This document shows, in pieces, positions 35,396 to 48,988 of a stretch of 64,000 nucleotides of DNA (positions are counted from its first letter, which is position 1; every line of letters begins with the position of its first letter). The translations under genes were made by a program, and so were the position numbers. Below the pieces are notes generated by a model, which saw only the letters and a program-made list of their open reading frames with translations, had not been told where the DNA came from and did not search any database. The stretch is from Eledone cirrhosa (lineage: Eukaryota): the NCBI GenBank assembly GCA_964016885.1, contig OZ024744.1:5208001-5272000 (forward strand), in the 5' to 3' direction.

Positions 35396-38300
35396 TTGGT
35401 AGACAGTGGTGTTGGTAGCAGAGGTCTATCTTGGTAGACAGTGGTGTTGGTAGCAGAGGTCTATCTTGGTAGACAGTGCTTTTGGTAGCAGAGGTCTATA
35501 TTGGTAGACAGTGGTGTTGGTAGTAGAGGTATATCTTGGTAGACAGTGGTGTTGGTAGCAGATGTCTATCTTGGTAGACAGTGGTGTTGGTAGCAGAGGT
35601 CTATCTTGGTAGACAGTGGTGTTGGTAGCAGAGGTATATCTTGGTAGACAGTGAGGTTGGTAGCAGAGGTCTATCTTGGTAGACAGTGGTGTTGGTAGCA
35701 GAGGTCTATCTTAGTAGACAGTGGTGTTGGTAGCAGATGTCTATCTTGGTAGACAGTGAGGTTGGTAGTAGAGGTCTATGTTGGTAGACAGTGGTGTTGG
35801 TAGCAGAGGTCTATCTTGGTAGACAGTGGTGTTGGTAGCAGAGGTCTATCTTGGTAGACAGTGGTGTTGGTAGCAGAGGTCTATGTTGGTAGACAGTGGT
35901 GGTGGTAGCAAGGTCTATCTTGGTAGACAGTGGTGTTGGTAGCAGAGGTCTATCTTGGTAGACAGTGTTGTTGGAAGCAGAGGTCTATCTTGGTAGACAG
36001 TGGTGTTGGTAGCAGACATCTATCTTGGTAGACAGTGGTGTTGGTAACAGATGTCTATCTTGGTAGACAGTGGTGTTGGTAGCAGACATCTATCTTGGTA
36101 GGCAGTGGTGTTGGTAGCAGAGGTCTATCTTGGTAGACAGTGGTGTTGGTAGCAGAGGTCTATCTTGGTAGACAGTGGTGTTGGTAGCAGAGGTCTATCT
36201 TGGTAGACAGTGGTGTTGGAAGCAGAGGTCTATCTTGGTTGACAGTGGTGTTGGTAGCAGAGGTCTATCTTGGTTGACAGTGGTATTGGTAGCAGAGGTC
36301 TATCTTAGTAGACAGTGGTGTTGGTAACAGAGGTCTATCTTGGTAGACAGTGGTGTTGGTAGCAGAGGTATATCTTGGTAGACAGTGGTGTTGGTAGCAG
36401 AGGTCTATCTTGGTTGACAGTGGTATTGGTAGCAGAGGTCTATCTTAGTAGACAGTGGTGTTGGTAACAGAGGTCTATCTTGGTAGACAGTGGTGTTGGT
36501 AGCAGAGGTATATCTTGGTAGACAGTGGTGTTGGTAGCAGAATCTATCTTGGTAGACAGTGGTGTTGGTCGCAGAGGTCTATCTTGGTAGACAGTGAGGT
36601 TGGTAGCAGAGGTCTATCTTGGTAGACAGTGGTGTTGGTAGCAGAGGTCTATCTTGGTAGACAGTGATGTTGGTAGAAGAGGTCTATGTTGGTAGAAAGT
36701 GAGGTTGGTAGCAGAGGTCTATCTTGGTAGACAGCGGTGTTGGTAGCAGAGGTTTATATTGGTAGACAGTGGTGTTGGTAGCAGAGGTTTATCTTGGTAG
36801 ACATTGAGGTTGGTAGCAGAGGTCTATCTTGGTAGACAGTGGTGTTGGTAGCAGAGGTCTATGTTGGTAGACAGTGGTGTTGGTAGCAGAGGTCTATCTT
36901 GGTAGACAGTGGTGTTGGTAGCAGATGTCTATATTGGTAGACAGTGGTGTTGGTAGCAGAGGTCTATCTTGGTAGACAGTGAGGTTGGTAGCAGAGGTCT
37001 ATCTTCGTAGACAGTGAGGTTGGTAGCAGAGGTCTATCTTGGTAGACAGTGGTGTTGGTAGCAGAGGTCTATGTTGGTAGACAGTGAGGTTGGTAGCAGA
37101 GGTCTATCTTGGTAGACAGTGAAGTTGGTAGCAGAGGTCTATCTTGGTAGACAATGAGGGTGGTAGCAGAGGTCTATCTTGGTAGACAGTGGTGTTCGTA
37201 GCAGAGGTCTATCTTGGTAGACAGTGGTGTTGGTAGCAGAGGTCTATCTTGGTAGACAGTGAGGTTGGTAGCAGAGGTCTATCTTGGTAGACAGTGGTGT
37301 TGGTAGCAGAGGTCTATCTTGGTAGACAGTGGGGTGGGTAGCAGAGGTCTATCTTGGTAGACAGTGGTGTTGGTAGCAGAGGTCTATCTTGGTAGACAGT
37401 GGTGTTGGTAGCAGAGGTCTATGTTGGTAGACAGTGGTGTTGGTAGCAGAGGTTAATCTTGGTAGACAGTGGTGTTGGTAGCAGAGGTCTATCTTGGTAG
37501 ACAGTGGTGTTGGTAGCATAGATCCATCTTGGTAGACAGTAGTGTTGGTAGCAGAGGTCTATGTTGGTAGACAGTGGTGTTTGTAGCAGAGGTCTATGTT
37601 GGTAGACAGTGGTGTTGGAAGCAGAGGTCTATCTTAGTAGACAGTGGTGTGGTACATAGGTCTATGTTGGTAGACAGTGAGGTTGGTAGCAGAGGTCTAT
37701 ATTGGTAGACAGTGAGGTTGGTAGCAGAGGTCTATCTTGGTAGACAGTGAGGTTGGTAGCAGAGCTCTATCTTGGTAGAAAGTGGTGTTGGTAGCAGAGG
37801 TCTATGTTGGTAGACAGTGGTGTTGGTAGCAGAGGTTTATCTTGGTAGACAGTGGTGTTGGTAGCAGAGGTCTATGTTGGTAGACAGTGGTGTTGGTAGC
37901 AGAGGTATATCTTGGTAGGCAGTGGTGTTGGTAGCAGAGCTCTATCTTGGTAGACAGTGGTGTTGGTAGCAGAGGTCTTTCTTGGTAGACAGCGGTGTTG
38001 CTAGCAGAGGTCTATGTTGGTAGAAAGTGAGGTTGGTAGCTGAGATCTATGTTGGTAGACAGTGGTGTTGGTAGCAGAAGTCTATCTTGGTAGACAGTGA
38101 GGTTGGTAGCAGAGGTCTATCTTGGTAGACAGTGGTGTTGGTAGCAGAGGTCTATCTTGGTAGACAGTGGTGTTGGTAGCAGAAGTCTATCTTGGTAGAC
38201 AGTGGTGTTGGTAGCAGAGGTCTATCTTGGTAGACAGTGGTGTTGCTAGCAGAGGTCTATCTTGGTAGACACTGGTGTTGCTAGCAAAGGTCTATGTTGG

Positions 38301-41300
38301 TAGACAGTGAGGTTGGTAGCAGAGGTCTATCTTGGTAGACAGTGAGGGTGGTTGCAGAGGTCTATCTTGGTAGACAGTGGTGTTGGTAGCAGAGGTCTAT
38401 CTTGGTAGACAGTGAGGTTGGTATCAGAGGTCTATCTTGGTAGACAGTGAGGTTGGTAGCAGAGGTCTATGTTGGTAGACAGTGGTGTTGGTAGCATAGG
38501 TCTATCTTGGTAGACAGTGGTGTTGGTAGCAGAGGTCTATGTTGGTAGACAGTGGTGTTGGTAGTAGAGGTCTATCTTGGTAGACAGTGGTGTTGGTAGC
38601 AGATGTCTATCTTGGTAGACAGTGGTGTTGGTAGCAGAGGTCTATCTTGGTAGACAGTGGTGTTGGTAGCAGATATCTATCTTGGTAGACAGTGGTGTTG
38701 GTAGCAGAGGTCTATGTTGGTAGACAGTGGTGTTGGTAGCAGAGGTCTATCTTGGTAGTCAGTGGTGTTGGTAGCAGAGGTCTATCTTGGTAGACAGTGG
38801 TGTTGGTAGCAGAGGTCTATGTTGGTAGACAGTGAGGTTGGTAGCAGAGGTCTATCTTGGTAGACAGTGGTGTTGGTAGAAGAGGTCTATCTTGGTAGAC
38901 AGTGAGGTTGGTAGCAGATGTCTATCTTGGTAGACAGTGGTGTTGGTAGCAGAGATCTATCTTGGTAGACAGTGAGGTTGGTAGCAGAGGTCTATCTTGG
39001 TAGACAGTGGTGTTGGTAGCAGAGGTCTATCTTGGTAGACAGTGGTGTTGGTAGCAGAGGTCTATGTTGGTAGACAGTGGTGTTGATAGCAGAGGTTAAT
39101 CTTGGTAGACAGTGGTGTTGGTAGCAGAGGTCTATCTTGGTAGACAGTGGTGTTGGTAGCAGAGGTCTATCTTGGTAGACAGTGGTGTTGGTAGCAGAGG
39201 TCTATGTTGGTAGACAGTGGTGTTTGTAGCAGAGGACTATGTTGGTAGACAGTGGTGTTGGTAGCAGAGGTCTATCTTGGTAGACATTGAGGTTGGTAGC
39301 AGAGGTCTATCTTGGTAGACAGTGGTGTTGGTAGCAGAGATCTATGTTGGTAGACAGTGGTGTTGGTAGCAGAGGTCTATCTTAGTAGACAGTGGTGTTG
39401 GTAGCAGAGGTCTATCTTGGTAGACAGTGAAGTTGGTAGCAGAGGTCTATCTTGGTAGACAGTGAGGTTGGTAGCAGAGGTCTATCTTGGTAGACAGTGG
39501 TGTTGGTAGCAGAGGTCTATCTTGGTAGACAGTGAGGTTGGTAACAGAGGTCTATCTTGGTAGACAGTGGTGTTGTAGCAGAGGTCTATCTCGGTAGACA
39601 GTGAGGTTGGTAGCAGAGGTCTATGCTGGTAGACAGTGGTGTTGGTAGCAGAGGTCTATCTTGGTAGACAGTGGTGTTGGTAGCAGAGGTCTATCTTGGT
39701 AGACAGTGGTGTTGGTAGCAGAGGTCTATGTTGGTAGACAGTGAGGTTGCTAGCAGAGGTCTATCTTGGTAGACAGTGGTGTTGGTAGCAGAGGTCTATC
39801 TTGGTAGACAGTGAGGTTGGTATCAGAGGTCTATCTTGGTAGACAGTGGTGTTGGTAGCAGAGGTCTATGTTGGTAGACAGTGGTGTTGGTAGCAGAGGT
39901 CTATCTTGGTAGATAGTGAGGTTGGTAGTAGAGGTCTATGTTGGTAGACATTGGTGTTGGTAGCAGAGTTCTATCTTGGTAGACAGTGGTGTTGGTAGCA
40001 GAGGTCTATGTTGGTAGACAGTGGTGTTGGTAATAGAGGTCTATCTTGGTAGACAGTGGTGTTGGTAGCAGATGTCTATCTTGGTAGACAGTGGTGTTGG
40101 TAGCAGAGGTCTATCTTGGTAGACAGTGGTGTTGGTAGCAGAGGTCGATCTTGGTAGACAGTGGTGTTGGTAGCAGAGGTCTATCTTGGTAGACAGTGGT
40201 GTTGGTAGCAGATGTCTATCTTGGTAGACAGTGGTGTTGGTAGCAGAGATCTATCTTGGTAGACAGTGGTGTTGGTAGCAGAGGTCGATCTTGGTAGACA
40301 GTGGTGTTGGTAGCAGAGGTCGATCTTGGTAGACAGTGGTGTTGGTAGCAGAGGTCTATCTTGGTAGACAGTGGTGTTGGTAGCAGAGGTCTATGTTGGT
40401 AGACAGTGGTGTTGGTAGCAGAGGTATATCTTGGTAGGCAGTGGTGTTGGTAGCAGAGCTCTATCTTGGTAGACAGTGGTGTTGGTAGCAGAGGTCTATC
40501 TTGGTAGACAGTGGTGTTGGTAGCAGAGGTCTTTCTTGGTAGACAGTGGTGTTGGTAGCAGAGGTCTATGTTGGTAGAAAGTGAGGTTGGTAGCAGAGGT
40601 CTATGTTGGTAGACAGTGAGGTTGGTAACATAGGTCTATCTTGGTAGACAGTGAGGTTGGTAGCAGAGGTCTATCTTGGTAGACAGTGGTGTTGGTAGCA
40701 GAGGTCTATATTGGTAGACAGTGGTGTTGGTAGCAGATGTCTATCTTGGTAGACAGTGGTGTTGGTAGCAGAGGTCTATCTTGGTAGACAGTGGTGGTGG
40801 TAGCAGAGGTCTATCTTGTTAGACAGTGTTGTTGGTAGCAGAGGTCTATCTTAGTAGACAGTGGTGTGGGTAGCAGAGGTCTATCCTGGTAGACAGTGGT
40901 GTTGGTAGCAGAGGTCTATCTTGGTAGACAGTAGTGTTGGTAGCAGAGGTCTATCTTGGTAGACAGTGGTGTTGGTAGCTGAGGTCTAACTTGGTAGACA
41001 GTGGTGTTGGTAGCAGAGGTCTATCTTAGTAGACAGTGGTGTTGGTAGCAGAGGTCTACCTTGGTAGACAGTGGTGTCGGTAGCAGAGCTCTATCCTGGT
41101 AGACAGTGGTGTTGGTAGCAGAGGTCTATCTTGGTAGACAGTGAGGTTGGTAGCAGAGGTCTATGTTGGTAGACAGTGGTGTCGGTAGCAGAGCTCTATC
41201 TTGGTAGACAGTGGTGTTGGTAGCAGAAGTCTATCTTGGTAGACAGTGAGGTTGGGAGCAGAGGTCTATGTTGGTAGACAGTGGTGTTGGTAGCAGAGGT

Positions 41301-44300
41301 CTATCTTGGTAGACAGTGGTGTTGGTAGGAGAGGTTTATCTTGGTAGACAGTGGTGTTGGTAGCAGAGGTCTATGTTGGTAGACAGTGGTGTTGGTAGCA
41401 GAGGTATATCTTGGTAGGCAGTGGTGTTGGTAGCAGAGCTCTATCTTGGTAGACAGTGGTGTTGGTAGCAGAGGTCTATCTTGGTAGACAGTGGTGTTGG
41501 TAGCAGAGGTCTATGTTAGTAGAAAGTGAGGTTGGTAGCAGAGGTCTATCTTGGTAGACAGTGAGGGTGGTAGCAGAGGTCTATCTTGGTAAACAGAGGT
41601 GTTGGTAGCAGAGGTCTATCTTGGTAGACAGTGAGGTTGGTATCAGAGGTCTATCTTGGTAGACAGTGAGGTTGGTAGCAGAGGTCTATGTTGGTAGACA
41701 GTGGTGTTGGTAGCATAGGTCTATCTTGGTAGACAGTGGTGTTGGTAGCAGAGGTCTATGTTGGTAGACAGTGGTGTTGGTAGTAGAGGTCTATCTTGGT
41801 AGACAGTGGTGTTGGTAGCAGATGTCTATCTTGGTAGACAGTGGTGTTGGTAGCAGAGGTCTATCTTGGTAGACAGTGGTGTTGGTAGCAAATATCTATC
41901 TTGGTAGACAGTGGTGTTGGTAGCAGAGGTCTATGTTGGTAGACAGTGGTATTGGTAGCAGAGGTCTATCTTGGTAGACAGTGGTGTTGGTAGCAGAGGT
42001 CTATCTTGGTAGACAGTGGTGTTGGTAGCAGAGGTCTATCTTGGTTGACAGTGGTGTTGGTAGCAGAGGTCTATCTTGGTAGACAGTGGTGTTGGTAGCA
42101 GAGGTCTATGTTGGTAGACAGTGAGGTTGGTAGCAGAGGTCTATGTTGGTAGACAGTGGTGTTGGTAGCAGAGGTCTATCTTGGTAGACAGTGGTGTTGG
42201 TAGCAGAGGTCTATCTTGGTAGACAGTGGTGTTGGTAGCAGAGGTCTATCTTGGTAGACAGTGCTTTTGGTAGCAGAGGTCTATATTGGTAGACAGTGGT
42301 GTTGGTAGTAGAGGTATATCTTGGTAGACAGTGGTGTTGGTAGCAGATGTCTATCTTGGTAGACAGTGGTGTTGGTAGCAGAGGTCTATCTTGGTAGACA
42401 GTGGTGTTGGTAGCAGAGGTATATCTTGGTAGACAGTGAGGTTGGTAGCAGAGGTCTATCTTGGTAGACAGTGGTGTTGGTAGCAGAGGTCTATCTTAGT
42501 AGACAGTGGTGTTGGTAGCAGATGTCTATCTTGGTAGACAGTGAGGTTGGTAGTAGAGGTCTATGTTGGTAGACAGTGGTGTTGGTAGCAGAGGTCTATC
42601 TTGGTAGACAGTGGTGTTGGTAGCAGAGGTCTATCTTGGTAGACAGTGGTGTTGGTAGCAGAGGTCTATGTTGGTAGACAGTGGTGGTGGTAGCAAGGTC
42701 TATCTTGGTAGACAGTGGTGTTGGTAGCAGAGGTCTATCTTGGTAGACAGTGTTGTTGGAAGCAGAGGTCTATCTTGGTAGACAGTGGTGTTGGTAGCAG
42801 ACATCTATCTTGGTAGACAGTGGTGTTGGTAACAGATGTCTATCTTGGTAGACAGTGGTGTTGGTAGCAGACATCTATCTTGGTAGGCAGTGGTGTTGGT
42901 AGCAGAGGTCTATCTTGGTAGACAGTGGTGTTGGTAGCAGAGGTCTATCTTGGTAGACAGTGGTGTTGGTAACAGAGGTCTATCTTGGTAGACAGTGGTG
43001 TTGGAAGCAGAGGTCTATCTTGGTTGACAGTGGTGTTGGTAGCAGAGGTCTATCTTGGTTGACAGTGGTATTGGTAGCAGAGGTCTATCTTAGTAGACAG
43101 TGGTGTTGGTAACAGAGGTCTATCTTGGTAGACAGTGGTGTTGGTAGCAGAGGTATATCTTGGTAGACAGTGGTGTTGGTAGCAGAGGTCTATCTTGGTT
43201 GACAGTGGTATTGGTAGCAGAGGTCTATCTTAGTAGACAGTGGTGTTGGTAACAGAGGTCTATCTTGGTAGACAGTGGTGTTGGTAGCAGAGGTATATCT
43301 TGGTAGACAGTGGTGTTGGTAGCAGAATCTATCTTGGTAGACAGTGGTGTTGGTCGCAGAGGTCTATCTTGGTAGACAGTGAGGTTGGTAGCAGAGGTCT
43401 ATCTTGGTAGACAGTGGTGTTGGTAGCAGAGGTCTATCTTGGTAGACAGTGATGTTGGTAGAAGAGGTCTATGTTGGTAGAAAGTGAGGTTGGTAGCAGA
43501 GGTCTATCTTGGTAGACAGCGGTGTTGGTAGCAGAGGTTTATATTGGTAGACAGTGGTGTTGGTAGCAGAGGTTTATCTTGGTAGACATTGAGGTTGGTA
43601 GCAGAGGTCTATCTTGGTAGACAGTGGTGTTGGTAGCAGAGGTCTATGTTGGTAGACAGTGGTGTTGGTAGCAGAGGTCTATCTTGGTAGACAGTGGTGT
43701 TGGTAGCAGATGTCTATATTGGTAGACAGTGGTGTTGGTAGCAGAGGTCTATCTTGGTAGACAGTGAGGTTGGTAGCAGAGGTCTATCTTCGTAGACAGT
43801 GAGGTTGGTAGCAGAGGTCTATCTTGGTAGACAGTGGTGTTGGTAGCAGAGGTCTATGTTGGTAGACAGTGAGGTTGGTAGCAGAGGTCTATCTTGGTAG
43901 ACAGTGAAGTTGGTAGCAGAGGTCTATCTTGGTAGACAATGAGGGTGGTAGCAGAGGTCTATCTTGGTAGACAGTGGTGTTCGTAGCAGAGGTCTATCTT
44001 GGTAGACAGTGGTGTTGGTAGCAGAGGTCTATCTTGGTAGACAGTGAGGTTGGTAGCAGAGGTCTATCTTGGTAGACAGTGGTGTTGGTAGCAGAGGTCT
44101 ATCTTGGTAGACAGTGGGGTGGGTAGCAGAGGTCTATCTTGGTAGACAGTGGTGTTGGTAGCAGAGGTCTATCTTGGTAGACAGTGGTGTTGGTAGCAGA
44201 GGTCTATGTTGGTAGACAGTGGTGTTGGTAGCAGAGGTTAATCTTGGTAGACAGTGGTGTTGGTAGCAGAGGTCTATCTTGGTAGACAGTGGTGTTGGTA

Positions 44301-47300
44301 GCATAGATCCATCTTGGTAGACAGTAGTGTTGGTAGCAGAGGTCTATGTTGGTAGACAGTGGTGTTTGTAGCAGAGGTCTATGTTGGTAGACAGTGGTGT
44401 TGGAAGCAGAGGTCTATCTTAGTAGACAGTGGTGTGGTACATAGGTCTATGTTGGTAGACAGTGAGGTTGGTAGCAGAGGTCTATATTGGTAGACAGTGA
44501 GGTTGGTAGCAGAGGTCTATCTTGGTAGACAGTGAGGTTGGTAGCAGAGCTCTATCTTGGTAGAAAGTGGTGTTGGTAGCAGAGGTCTATGTTGGTAGAC
44601 AGTGGTGTTGGTAGCAGAGGTTTATCTTGGTAGACAGTGGTGTTGGTAGCAGAGGTCTATGTTGGTAGACAGTGGTGTTGGTAGCAGAGGTATATCTTGG
44701 TAGGCAGTGGTGTTGGTAGCAGAGCTCTATCTTGGTAGACAGTGGTGTTGGTAGCAGAGGTCTTTCTTGGTAGACAGCGGTGTTGCTAGCAGAGGTCTAT
44801 GTTGGTAGAAAGTGAGGTTGGTAGCTGAGATCTATGTTGGTAGACAGTGGTGTTGGTAGCAGAAGTCTATCTTGGTAGACAGTGAGGTTGGTAGCAGAGG
44901 TCTATCTTGGTAGACAGTGGTGTTGGTAGCAGAGGTCTATCTTGGTAGACAGTGGTGTTGGTAGCAGAAGTCTATCTTGGTAGACAGTGGTGTTGGTAGC
45001 AGAGGTCTATCTTGGTAGACAGTGGTGTTGCTAGCAGAGGTCTATCTTGGTAGACACTGGTGTTGCTAGCAAAGGTCTATGTTGGTAGACAGTGAGGTTG
45101 GTAGCAGAGGTCTATCTTGGTAGACAGTGAGGGTGGTTGCAGAGGTCTATCTTGGTAGACAGTGGTGTTGGTAGCAGAGGTCTATCTTGGTAGACAGTGA
45201 GGTTGGTATCAGAGGTCTATCTTGGTAGACAGTGAGGTTGGTAGCAGAGGTCTATGTTGGTAGACAGTGGTGTTGGTAGCATAGGTCTATCTTGGTAGAC
45301 AGTGGTGTTGGTAGCAGAGGTCTATGTTGGTAGACAGTGGTGTTGGTAGTAGAGGTCTATCTTGGTAGACAGTGGTGTTGGTAGCAGATGTCTATCTTGG
45401 TAGACAGTGGTGTTGGTAGCAGAGGTCTATCTTGGTAGACAGTGGTGTTGGTAGCAGATATCTATCTTGGTAGACAGTGGTGTTGGTAGCAGAGGTCTAT
45501 GTTGGTAGACAGTGGTGTTGGTAGCAGAGGTCTATCTTGGTAGTCAGTGGTGTTGGTAGCAGAGGTCTATCTTGGTAGACAGTGGTGTTGGTAGCAGAGG
45601 TCTATGTTGGTAGACAGTGAGGTTGGTAGCAGAGGTCTATCTTGGTAGACAGTGGTGTTGGTAGAAGAGGTCTATCTTGGTAGACAGTGAGGTTGGTAGC
45701 AGATGTCTATCTTGGTAGACAGTGGTGTTGGTAGCAGAGATCTATCTTGGTAGACAGTGAGGTTGGTAGCAGAGGTCTATCTTGGTAGACAGTGGTGTTG
45801 GTAGCAGAGGTCTATCTTGGTAGACAGTGGTGTTGGTAGCAGAGGTCTATGTTGGTAGACAGTGGTGTTGATAGCAGAGGTTAATCTTGGTAGACAGTGG
45901 TGTTGGTAACAGAGGTCTATCTTGGCAGACAGTGGTGTTGGTAGCAGAGGTCTATCTTGGTAGACAGTGGTGTTGGTAGCAGAGGTCTATGTTGGTAGAC
46001 AGTGGTGTTTGTAGCAGAGGACTATGTTGGTAGACAGTGGTGTTGGTAGCAGAGGTCTATCTTGGTAGACATTGAGGTTGGTAGCAGAGGTCTATCTTGG
46101 TAGACAGTGGTGTTGGTAGCAGAGATCTATGTTGGTAGACAGTGGTGTTGGTAGCAGAGGTCTATCTTAGTAGACAGTGGTGTTGGTAGCAGAGGTCTAT
46201 CTTGGTAGACAGTGAAGTTGGTAGCAGAGGTCTATCTTGGTAGACAGTGAGGTTGGTAGCAGAGGTCTATCTTGGTAGACAGTGGTGTTGGTAGCAGAGG
46301 TCTATCTTGGTAGACAGTGAGGTTGGTAACAGAGGTCTATCTTGGTAGACAGTGGTGTTGTAGCAGAGGTCTATCTCGGTAGACAGTGAGGTTGGTAGCA
46401 GAGGTCTATGCTGGTAGACAGTGGTGTTGGTAGCAGAGGTCTATCTTGGTAGGCAGTGGTGTTGGTAGCAGAGGTCTATCTTGGTAGACAGTGGTGTTGG
46501 TAGCAGAGGTCTATGTTGGTAGACAGTGAGGTTGCTAGCAGAGGTCTATCTTGGTAGACAGTGGTGTTGGTAGCAGAGGTCTATCTTGGTAGACAGTGAG
46601 GTTGGTATCAGAGGTCTATCTTGGTAGACAGTGGTGTTGGTAGCAGAGGTCTATGTTGGTAGACAGTGGTGTTGGTAGCAGAGGTCTATCTTGGTAGATA
46701 GTGAGGTTGGTAGTAGAGGTCTATGTTGGTAGACATTGGTGTTGGTAGCAGAGTTCTATCTTGGTAGACAGTGGTGTTGGTAGCAGAGGTCTATGTTGGT
46801 AGACAGTGGTGTTGGTAATAGAGGTCTATCTTGGTAGACAGTGGTGTTGGTAGCAGATGTCTATCTTGGTAGACAGTGGTGTTGGTAGCAGAGGTCTATC
46901 TTGGTAGACAGTGGTGTTGGTAGCAGAGGTCGATCTTGGTAGACAGTGGTGTTGGTAGCAGAGGTCTATCTTGGTAGACAGTGGTGTTGGTAGCAGATGT
47001 CTATCTTGGTAGACAGTGGTGTTGGTAGCAGAGATCTATCTTGGTAGACAGTGGTGTTGGTAGCAGAGGTCGATCTTGGTAGACAGTGGTGTTGGTAGCA
47101 GAGGTCGATCTTGGTAGACAGTGGTGTTGGTAGCAGAGGTCTATCTTGGTAGACAGTGGTGTTGGTAGCAGAGGTCTATGTTGGTAGACAGTGGTGTTGG
47201 TAGCAGAGGTATATCTTGGTAGGCAGTGGTGTTGGTAGCAGAGCTCTATCTTGGTAGACAGTGGTGTTGGTAGCAGAGGTCTATCTTGGTAGACAGTGGT

Positions 47301-48988
47301 GTTGGTAGCAGAGGTCTTTCTTGGTAGACAGTGGTGTTGGTAGCAGAGGTCTATGTTGGTAGAAAGTGAGGTTGGTAGCAGAGGTCTATGTTGGTAGACA
47401 GTGAGGTTGGTAACATAGGTCTATCTTGGTAGACAGTGAGGTTGGTAGCAGAGGTCTATCTTGGTAGACAGTGGTGTTGGTAGCAGAGGTCTATATTGGT
47501 AGACAGTGGTGTTGGTAGCAGATGTCTATCTTGGTAGACAGTGGTGTTGGTAGCAGAGGTCTATCTTGGTAGACAGTGGTGGTGGTAGCAGAGGTCTATC
47601 TTGTTAGACAGTGTTGTTGGTAGCAGAGGTCTATCTTAGTAGACAGTGGTGTTGGTAGCAGAGGTCTATCCTGGTAGACAGTGGTGTTGGTAGCAGAGGT
47701 CTATCTTGGTAGACAGTAGTGTTGGTAGCAGAGGTCTATCTTGGTAGACAGTGGTGTTGGTAGCTGAGGTCTAACTTGGTAGACAGTGGTGTTGGTAGCA
47801 GAGGTCTATCTTAGTAGACAGTGGTGTTGGTAGCAGAGGTCTACCTTGGTAGACAGTGGTGTCGGTAGCAGAGCTCTATCCTGGTAGACAGTGGTGTTGG
47901 TAGCAGAGGTCTATCTTGGTAGACAGTGAGGTTGGTAGCAGAGGTCTATGTTGGTAGACAGTGGTGTCGGTAGCAGAGCTCTATCTTGGTAGACAGTGGT
48001 GTTGGTAGCAGAAGTCTATCTTGGTAGACAGTGAGGTTGGGAGCAGAGGTCTATGTTGGTAGACAGTGGTGTTGGTAGCAGAGGTCTATCTTGGTAGACA
48101 GTGGTGTTGGTAGGAGAGGTTTATCTTGGTAGACAGTGGTGTTGGTAGCAGAGGTCTATGTTGGTAGACAGTGGTGTTGGTAGCAGAGGTATATCTTGGT
48201 AGGCAGTGGTGTTGGTAGCAGAGCTCTATCTTGGTAGACAGTGGTGTTGGTAGCAGAGGTCTATCTTGGTAGACAGTGGTGTTGGTAGCAGAGGTCTATG
48301 TTAGTAGAAAGTGAGGTTGGTAGCAGAGGTCTATCTTGGTAGACAGTGAGGGTGGTAGCAGAGGTGTATCTTGGTAAACAGAGGTGTTGGTAGCAGAGGT
48401 CTATCTTGGTAGACAGTGAGGTTGGTATCAGAGGTCTATCTTGGTAGACAGTGAGCTTGGTAGCAGAGGTCTATGTTGGTAGACAGTGGTGTTGGTAGCA
48501 TAGGTCTATCTTGGTAGACAGTGGTGTTGGTAGCAGAGGTCTATGTTGGTAGACAGTGGTGTTGGTAGTAGAGGTCTATCTTGGTAGACAGTGGTGTTGG
48601 TAGCAGATGTCTATCTTGGTAGACAGTGGTGTTGGTAGCAGAGGTCTATCTTGGTAGACAGTGGTGTTGGTAGCAAATATCTATCTTGGTAGACAGTGGT
48701 GTTGGTAGCAGAGGTCTATGTTGGTAGACAGTGGTATTGGTAGCAGAGGTCTATCTTGGTAGACAGTGGTGTTGGTAGCAGAGGTCTATCTTGGTAGACA
48801 GTGGTGTTGGTAGCAGAGGTCTATCTTGGTTGACAGTGGTGTTGGTAGCAGAGGTCTATCTTGGTAGACAGTGGTGTTGGTAGCAGAGGTCTATGTTGGT
48901 AGACAGTGAGGTTGGTAGCAGAGGTCTATGTTGGTAGACAGTGGTGTTGGTAGCAGAGGTCTATCTTGGTAGACAGTGGTGTTGGTAG
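35396..48988. repeat. Large recent tandem duplication, period 6,785 bp (194 monomers minus 5 deleted bases)
   Basis: GTGCTTTTGG 35476/42261, TAGCAAGG 35906/42691, GGTACATAGG (double-deletion unit) 37651/44436, GGTAAACAGA 41588/48373 and TTGGTTGACA 42041/48826 are all offset by exactly 6785. Confidence 0.95.

Larger units (their letters stand above)
25830..36600. repeat. Central domain enriched in a distinct set of monomer variants (satellite subfamily)
   Basis: Variants GCCGAGG...CAATCAGGGTGG (CAAT at 28237, 28412, 29111, 34424, 35159, 35334), GTTAGTAGAATAGG (27264, 33451), GTGTTATTGG (27154, 33341), GTTTTTAGC and GAGGTTATC (26331, 30279) were seen only here. The GGTACTGAGG and GGTACC markers are absent. 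Confidence 0.85.
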
